Part shown: piece by piece, positions 1-8,869 of the stretch
Layout of the letters: every line of letters begins with the position of its first letter
How positions within the stretch are numbered: the stretch's first letter is position 1
Assembly (NCBI GenBank): GCA_037447605.1
Contig: JBBHKD010000085.1
Span: 1 to 9,749 of the forward strand
Length of the DNA: 9,749 bases
Origin: Zygnema circumcarinatum SAG 698-1b
Lineage: Eukaryota > Plantae > Zygnematophyceae
Direction of reading: 5' to 3'
Translations under genes and position numbers: made by a program
The notes under the pieces: model-generated
Databases searched by the model: none
Seen by the model: only the letters and a program-made list of their open reading frames with translations
What the model was told of the DNA's origin: nothing

Positions 1-375
1 TTCCACCTTCCAGCCTCTCTCCCTCTCACCCTCCATTCTCTATTTTTCCCTGCCTTGTTCTTCCATCTCCCCCCCCCCTTTTCCTGTCTACCTCCCTATC
101 CCCTACCTTCTTATCTCTCTTTCTCTTACCTTGCTGTGTCTTGCCCTCTCTTTTCTCACTTCCTTTGTCCAGCCATGTCGTTCTCCTTCCCCTTAGTATG
201 TAGACATCTTAGCGTGTCAGTCTCTTGCCCTCTGCAAGTCTTCTTGTGTATTGTCTCCTCTTATGCCTTATCCCTGACTCACTCTCACTCTCCTCCTTAG
301 TGGATCTCAACCCTCTCCAGTCTCTCTTGTTGATCCTCTTCCTCCAACCCCCACCCACGTTGTCCCTCCTTTGCC
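1..375. other. Low-complexity pyrimidine-rich (C/T) non-satellite flank
   Basis: By-eye count gives about 73 purines in positions 1-360 (~80% pyrimidine; ~86% in 1-180). It contains many CT/CCT/CTCT runs and has no clear match to the 174-bp monomer. Confidence 0.85.
69..78 (+). repeat. C10 homopolymer
   Basis: Ten consecutive C at 69-78. Confidence 0.95.
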
Positions 376-429
376 CACACGTCCATCATTCTATTTCTAA
401 TTATATTTTTGTGTATTTGCTATGGGTTA

Positions 430-2480
430 GCTATATCAGCTTATTTTGTTTTTGTTCTTTTCCCATATTTCGGACGTTTAGATTCAAGACAGGTGTAAAA
501 GTTTGCATGATTGCCACAGTACCCTATCCAATATGGACGTTTTTGCTGACTAATCAGATCAATTACATTCCTTATACACGTCCACTCCGTTATACATAAC
601 TTTTTTGTCTTTTATTCTTTTAGCCAAAAATTTTACAAGGTCAATCCTCCAGTATGAGTCCCACCGTATAGCAAAAGTTTGAGTCAATTAAGCGTTCTAT
701 TTTCAGATATGGACGTTTTTGTGACGTTCAATAAGTTGCGTTCTTGTCATCATCCGTTATACATAACTTTTTTGTCTTTTACTCTTTTGCACCAGAAATT
801 TCTAGGTCATTCAGTGATCCAAGTACACAAAAAGTTTGAGTCAATTAGTACCCTTTCAATATGGCAGTACTGGTGACCCAATGATCCACTCATATACACG
901 TAGCTCCCGTTGTCTAATCTTTTGTCTTTCTTGTTTGCACCAAAATTTCTCACGTTCACTCCAGTGTGAGTCCCGCGTATGCACAAAAAGTTTGAGTCAA
1001 TTTGCAGCGTACCCCTGGGTACTCGTCCCTTGCTGGCACGGTACCAATAATGGATTTATCTGCCATGTCCGCTCCGTCTGTTACATTAACTTTTTTATCT
1101 TTTATTCTCTTGTGCACGGAAATTCTCCAGCGTCACTCTAAGTGATCCGCGTATGCGCAAAAAGTTTGAGTCAATTAACGATCTCCTATAGATCTGTGGA
1201 GTTTTTTGTACGGCGCGTCAATCAGTTACGTTCGGTGTGCACGTCCAGCTCCGTTATGCGTAACTTTTTTGTCTTTTATTCTTTTGCACCAGGATTTCTC
1301 CAGCGTCACTCCATGTGGGGTTGCGCGTGTGCACAAAAAGTTTTGAGTCAATTTAAGCGTTCTCCTTATTCAGATATGGGTGTTTTTGTGACACGTGCAA
1401 TAGGTTGCGTTCCTACACGCGTCCACTCCCTCATACATAACTTTTTTGTCTTTTACTCTTTTGCACCGAAATTTCTCCAGCGTCACTCTCCAGTGAGTCC
1501 CGCGTATGCACAAAGGCTTCTAACTGACTAGCAGTACCCTATCAGATATGGACATTTTTGTGACACGTCCGATAATTCAATCCTTATACATGTCCACTCC
1601 TATACATAACTTTTTTGTCTTTTACTCTTTCACCGAAATTTCTCCACATTCCAGTTCTTCCAGTGAGATCCACCGTATCAAAACATTTGAGTCAATAAGC
1701 GTTCTTATTCAGATACCAACGTTCTGTGACACCATCCACAATGAGTTGCCAATTCTATTACATGTCCACTTCCAACATAACTTTTTTGTCTTTTACTCTT
1801 TTGCACCGAAATTTCTCAGCAATCACTCATCTCTAGACCCACCGTATGCACAAAAAGTTTGATCAATTAAGCAATCTCCTATTGGGTGAACGTTTTTGTG
1901 ACACATGCAATAATCATATACACGTCCACTCCGTTATAGTCCAGTATCTTTTTATTCTTTTGCACCAAAATTTCTCAGCATCAGCCTTCCAGTGATCCAC
2001 GTATGCACAAAAAGTTTTGAGCTCATTGCAGCGTTCTCCCTCTAAATAGACGTTTTTGTGACACGTCCAATAGGGTTGCGACACTGCGTCAGCTCCCAGT
2101 TACATGCCTTTTTTGCTTTTATTCTTTTTGTACCAAAAATTGTCAGCATTCACCCTCTCCAAGTGATCCGCGTATGCAAAAAGCTTTTTCATCAATTCAC
2201 GTACCCTATCAAATATGGACGTTTTTGTAACACGTGCAATCAGTTGCGTTCTTATACACGTAAATTTCATTATACATAACTTTTTTGTCTTTTATTTTCT
2301 CTTAGCCAAAATTTCTAACGATAGCTTTTCAGTAGATCCCGCAATATACAAAAAGTTTGATCAATAAGCATTATCCTTGTCAGATATGGACGTTTTTGTG
2401 ACACGTGCAATGGTTGCGTTATTATACACGTCACTCAGTTATACATAGCTTTTTTTGTCTTTTATTCTTTTTTCCACCGA
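430..2480. repeat. Degenerate edge portion of the satellite array (about 12 diverged monomers, roughly 150-177 bp each)
   Basis: Monomer landmarks (CTTTTA[C/T]TCTTTT, AAAAGTTTGAGTCAATT, ATATGGACGTTTTTG, CACGTCCACTCCGTTATACAT) remain recognisable but carry many substitutions and indels. The first near-consensus copies appear only after ~2480. Confidence 0.85.
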
Positions 2481-3673
2481 AATTTCTCAGCGTCACTCTA
2501 CAGTGAGTCCGCCGTATGCACAAAAAGTTTGAGTCAATTAAGCTTTCTCCCACTTCAGATATGGACGTTTTTGTGACACGTGCAATACTTTCCGTTCCTA
2601 TCCACGTCCCCTCCTTTATACATAACTTTTTTTTCTTTTACTCTTTTGCACCGAAATTTCTCAGCGTCACTCTACAGTGAGTCCGCCGTATGCACAAAAA
2701 GTTTGAGTCAATTAAGCGTTCTCCCTATTCAGATATGGACGTTTTTGTGACACGTGCAATAGGTTGCGTTCCTATACACGTCCACTCCGTTATACATAAC
2801 TTTTTTGTCTTTTATTCTTTTGCACCGAAATTTGTCACATCACCTCTACAGTGAGTCCACAGTATACACAAAAGTTTGAGTCGAGTTAACGTTCTCCTCC
2901 TTCAATATGATAGATTTTTTTGTAACACCATCAATGGGTTGCAATTTCTATACACCATCACTCCATTATAGTAACTTTTTTGTCTTTTATTCTTTTGCAC
3001 CGAAATTTCTCAGCGCTCACTCTTACAGTAAGTCCGCCGTATCACAAAAAGTTTGATCAATTAAGCATTCTCCTTGTTCAATATGAAAGTCTTTTGTAAA
3101 TTCATAAATAATGCCAATTTCCTTATACACCATAGCCTTCATTATACATAACTTTTTTGTCTTTTATTCTTTTGCACGAAATTTCTCAGCGTCACTCTAC
3201 AGTAGGTTGTAGTGTTCACCAAAAAGTTTGAGATCAATTTAAGCCATATCCCTGTCAATATCAAACAATTTTGTGACACGTCAATGAGTCCAATTCCTAT
3301 CTTGACACCTTACTACCGTTGTGCATAACTTTTTTGTCTTTTATTCTTTTGCACCAAAAATTTCTCAGCGTACACTCTCCAGTGGTCCGCATATAGGCCG
3401 AAAAGTTTGAGTACTTTAACAGTCTCCTATTCCATGTGTGGACGTTTTTGTAAACTCATCAATAATCCAATTCACTATACATGTTCACTCCGTTATACAT
3501 AACTTTTTTGTCTTTTACTCTTTTAGCCAAAATTTCTCAGCGTCACTCTACAGTGAGTCCGCCGTATGCACAAAATGTTTGAGTCAATTAAGCGTTCTCC
3601 CTATTCAGATATGGACGTTTTTGTGACACGTGCTATAGGCTGCGTTCGTATACACGTCCACTCCGTTATATAT

Positions 3674-4450
3674 AACTTTTTTGTCTTTTACTCTTTTGCA
3701 CCGAAATTTCTCAGCGTCACTCTACAGTGAGTCCGCCGTATGCACAAAAAGTTTGAGTCAATTAAGCGTTCTCCTTATTCAGATATGGACGTTTTTGTGA
3801 CACGTGCAATAGGTTGCGTTCCTATACACGTCCACTCCGTTATACATAACTTTTTTGTCTTTTACTCTTTTGCACCGAAATTTCTCAGCGTCACTCTACA
3901 GTGAGTCCGCCGTATGCACAAAAAGTTTGAGTCAATTAAGCGTTCTCCCTATTCAGATATGGACGTTTTTGTGACACGTGCAATAGGTTGCGTTCCTATA
4001 CACGTCCACTCCGTTATACATAACTTTTTTGTCTTTTATTCTTTTGCACCGAAATTTCTCAGCGTCACTCTACAGTGAGTCCGCCGTATGCACAAAAAGT
4101 TTGAGTCAATTAAGCGTTCTCCCTATTCAGATATGGACGTTTTTGTGACACGTGCAATAGGTTGCGTTCCTATACACGTCCACTCCGTTATACATAACTT
4201 TTTTGTCTTTTACTCTTTTGCACCGAAATTTCTCAGCGTCACTCTACAGTGAGTCCGCCGTATGCACAAAAAGTTTGAGTCAATTAAGCAATCTCCCTAT
4301 TCAGATATGGACGTTTTTGTGACACGTGCAATAGGTTGCGTTCCTATACACGTCCACTCCGTTATACATTACGTTTTTGTCTTTTATTCTTTTGCACCGA
4401 AATTTCTCAGCGTCACTCTACAGTGAGTCCGCCTTATGCACAAAAAGTTT
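3674..4450. repeat. Highly homogeneous satellite block (about 4.5 near-identical monomers)
   Basis: Monomer starts at 3674, 3848, 4022, 4196 and 4370 are exactly 174 bp apart, with 0-2 substitutions in each complete copy. Confidence 0.92.
3848..4021 (+). repeat. Representative consensus monomer (174 bp, 72 G+C = 41%, 10 CpG)
   Basis: By eye, identical copies start at 5579, 7149, 8013 and 8875. The neighbouring copy at 4022 differs only at monomer position 18 (C/T). Confidence 0.93.
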
Positions 4451-7400
4451 GAGTCAATTAAGCGTTCTCCCTCAAATATGGACATTCTGTAACCGTGATA
4501 GGGTTGGATTTTCTGTTACACGTCCACTCCATATACATGCTAACTTTTTTGTCTTTTATTCTTTTGCACCAAAATTACACACTCTACAGTGAGTTCACCA
4601 TATGCACAAAAAGTTTGAGTCTATTAAGCGTTCTCCCTATTCAGATATGGACGTTTTTGTGACACGTGCAATAAGTTGCGTTCCTATACATGTCCACTCC
4701 GTTATACATAACTTTTTTGTCTTTTACTCTTTTGCACCGAAATTTCTCAGCGTCACTCTACAGTGAGTCCGCCGTATGCACAAAATGTTTGAGTCAATTA
4801 AGCGTTCTCCCTATTCAGATATGGACGTTTTTGTGACACGTGCAATAGGTTGCGTTCCTATACACGTCCACTCCGTTATACATACCTTTTTTGTCTTTTA
4901 TTCTTTTGCACCGAAATTTGTCAGCGTCACCCTACAGTGAGTCCGCCGTATGCACAAAAAGTTTGAGTCAATTAAGCGTTCTCCCTATTCAGATATGGAC
5001 GTTTTTGTGACACGTGCAATAAGTTGCGTTCCTATACATGTCCACTCCGTTATACATAACTTTTTTGTCTTTTATTCTTTTGCACCGAAATTTCTCAGCG
5101 TCACTCTACAGTGAGTCCGCCGTATGCACAAAAAGTTTGAGTCAATTAAACGATCTCCCTATTCAGATATGGACATTTTTGTGACACCATCAATGGGTTG
5201 GCTTTGTGTACGCGTCCACTCCGTTATACATAACTTTTTTGTCTTTTATTCTTTTGCACCAAAATTTCTCAGCGTCACTCTCAGTGGATCCGCCGTATGC
5301 ACAAAAAGTTTGAGTCAATTAACCGTTCTCCCTATTCAGATATGGACGTTTTTGTGACACATGCAATAGGTTGCGTTCCTATACACGTCCACTCCGTTAT
5401 ACTTAACTTTTTTGTCTTTTACTTTTTTGCACCGAAATTTCTGAGAGTCACTCTACAGTGTGTCCGCCGTATGCACAAAAAGTTTGAGTCTATTAAGCAT
5501 TCTCCCTATTCAGATATGGACGTTTTTGTGACACGTGCAATAATTTGCGTTCCTATACATGTCCACTCCGTTATACATAACTTTTTTGTCTTTTACTCTT
5601 TTGCACCGAAATTTCTCAGCGTCACTCTACAGTGAGTCCGCCGTATGCACAAAAAGTTTGAGTCAATTAAGCGTTCTCCCTATTCAGATATGGACGTTTT
5701 TGTGACACGTGCAATAGGTTGCGTTCCTATACACGTCCACTCCGTTATACATAACTTTTTTGTCTTTTATTCTTTTGCACCGAAATTTCTCAGCGTCACT
5801 CTACAGTGAGTCCGCCGTATGCACAAAAAGTTTGAGTCTATTAAGCGTTCTCCCTATTCAGATATGGACGTTTTTGTGACACGTGCAATAGGTTGCGTTC
5901 CTATACATGTCCCTTTCCGTTATACACAACTTTTTTGTCTTTTACTCTTTTGCACCGAAATTTCTCAGCGTCACTCTACAGTGAGTCCGCCGTATGCACA
6001 AAATGTTTGAGTCAATTAAGCGTTCTCCCTATTCAGATATGGACGTTTTTGTGACACGTGCAATAGGTTGCGTTCCTATACACGTCCACTCCGTTATACA
6101 TAACTTTTTTGTCTTTTACTCTTTTGCACCGAAATTTCTCAGCGTCACTCTCCAGTGAGTCCGCCGTATGCACAAAAAGTTTGAGTCAATTAAGCGTTCT
6201 CCCTATTCAGATATGGACGTTTTTGTGACACGTGCAATAAGTTGCGTTCCTATACATGTCCACTCCGTTATACATAACTTTTTTGTCTTTTATTCTTTTG
6301 CACCGAAATTTCTAGCATCACTCTCAAGTGATCCACATATGCACAAAAGTTTAATCAATTTAAGCATTATCCTATCAAATGAACATTTTTGTGCAAGTCA
6401 ATTTACAATAGGTTGCGATTCCTGTACACGTCCACTCCATTATACATAAGCTTTTTTGTCTTTTATTCTTTTGCACCGAAATTTCTCAGCGTCACTCTCA
6501 AGTGAGTCGCCGTATGCACAAAAAGTTTAAGTCAATTAAGCGTTCTCCCTATTCAGATATGGACGATTGTGTGACACGTGCAATAGGTTGCGTTCCTATA
6601 CATGTCCACTCCGTTATACATAACTTTTTTGACTTTTATTCTTTTGCACCGAAATTTCTCGGCGTCACTCTACAGTGAGTCCGCGTATACACAAAATGTT
6701 TGAGTCGATTAAGCGTTCTCCCTATTCAGATATAGACGTTTTTGTAGAGATACATCCAATAGGTTGCAATTCCTGTACACGTCCACTCCCGTTATACATT
6801 AACTTTTTTGTCTTTTATTCTTTTGCACCGAAATTTCTCAGCATCACTCTCAAGTATGAGTCCGCCCATATGCACAAAAAGTTTGAGTCAATTAAGCGTT
6901 CTCCTTGTCAGATATGGACATTTTTGTGACACGTGCAATAGGTTGGATTCCATATACACGTCACTCCCGTTATACATAACTTTTTTGTCTTTTATTCTTT
7001 TGCACCGAAATTTCTCAGCATTCACTCTCAAGTGAGTCCACAGTATGCACGAAGGTTTCGGCTGTAAGCGTCTCCTTATTCAGATATGGACGTTTTTGTG
7101 ACACGTGCAATAAGTTGCGTTCCTATACATGTCCACTCCGTTATACATAACTTTTTTGTCTTTTACTCTTTTGCACCGAAATTTCTCAGCGTCACTCTAC
7201 AGTGAGTCCGCCGTATGCACAAAAAGTTTGAGTCAATTAAGCGTTCTCCCTATTCAGATATGGACGTTTTTGTGACACGTGCAATAGGTTGCGTTCCTAT
7301 ACACGTCCACTCCGTTATACATAACTTTTTTGTCTTTTATTCTTTTGCACCGAAATTTGTCAGCGTCACCTTAAGTGGCAATACACATTATGCACAAAAA

Positions 7401-8869
7401 GCTGCATGAATATGCATTGTCCCTATTTCAGATATGGACATTTTTGTAACCATACAATGATAATTCCTTATAGGATTTCACTCCGTTATACGTTTCTGTC
7501 TTTTGCTCTTTTGCACAAAACTCTCAGCATCACTCTCCAGTGAGATTCACGTATGCACAAAAAGTTTGAGTCTATTTAAGCGTTCTCCTATTCAGATATG
7601 GACGTTTTTGTAAACTCATATTCAATGTAATCCGTCCTATCACGTCACTCCGTTATGCGTAACTTTTTTGTCTTTTTTATTCTTTTGCACCGAAATTTCT
7701 CAGCGTGGCTCTGCAGTGAGTCCACCCATATGCACAAAAAGTTTTGGATCAATTAAGCGTTCTCCCTATTCAGATATGGACGTTTTTGTGACACGTGCAA
7801 TAGGTTGCGTTCCTATACACGTCCACTCCGTTATACATAACTTTTTTGTCTTTTACTCTTTTGCACCGAAATTTCTCAGCGTCACTCTACAGTGAGTCCG
7901 CCGTATGCACAAAAAGTTTGAGTCAATTAAGCGTTCTCCCTATTCAGATATGGACGTTTTTGTGACACGTGCAATAAGTTGCGTTCCTATACATGTCCAC
8001 TCCGTTATACATAACTTTTTTGTCTTTTACTCTTTTGCACCGAAATTTCTCAGCGTCACTCTACAGTGAGTCCGCCGTATGCACAAAAAGTTTGAGTCAA
8101 TTAAGCGTTCTCCCTATTCAGATATGGACGTTTTTGTGACACGTGCAATAGGTTGCGTTCCTATACACGTCCACTCCGTTATACATAACTTTTTTGTCTT
8201 TTATTCTTTTGCACCGAAATTTGTAGCGTAGCCTTCCAAGTGAGTCCACATATAGCAACTTTTGCTCAATAAGCGTTGTCCCTATCCAAGATATGAACAT
8301 TTTTGTGACGCGTGCAATCGTTAGCTTCCTCTACACATCCATCGTATACGTAACTCTTTTGTCTTTTACTCTTTTGCACCGAAATTTGTCAGCGTCACCC
8401 TACAGTGAGTCCGCCGTATGCACAAAAAGTTTGAGTAGATTAGCAATGCTCCTTATTCGATATGAACATTTTTATTAACACGTGCAATGAGTTCCGATTT
8501 CCTATTGCACGTCACTCCGTTATGCATGACTTTTTTGTCTTTTATTCTTTTGCACCAAAATTTCTCAGCGTCACTCTACAGTGAGTCCGCCGTATGCACA
8601 AAAAGTTTGAGTCAATTAAGCGTTCTCCCTATTCAGATATGGACGTTTTTGTGACACGTGCAATAAGTTGCGTTCCTATACACGTCCACTCCGTTATACA
8701 TAACTTTTTTGTCTTTTACTCTTTTGCACCGAAATTTCTCAGCGTCACTCTACAGTGAGTCCGCCGTATGCACAAAAAGTTTGAGTCAATTAAGCGTTCT
8801 CCCTATTCAGATATGGACATTTTTGTGACACGCTGGATAGTGCGATTCTGTGCATGTCCGCTTCCGTTA

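Noticed and set aside
55-599. ORFs 55-300 (81 aa) and 225-599 (124 aa)
   Set aside because: They are S/P/L/F-rich translations of pyrimidine-rich DNA, which lacks stop codons for compositional reasons. There is no recognisable domain, and the second ORF runs into the satellite.
3848-3885. Helically phased A/T tracts causing intrinsic curvature
   Set aside because: Tract centres are about 8, 8 and 11 bp apart and then sparse, which is not a sustained 10-11 bp phase.
4542-8527. A 14-monomer (~2.44 kb) segmental duplication (4542-6101 vs 6978-8527), or a 7-monomer period suggested by CACAAAATG copies at 3501, 4710 and 5928
   Set aside because: The 14 offset is explained more simply as 5+4+5 of the pentameric HOR, and the 7 spacing does not continue downstream.
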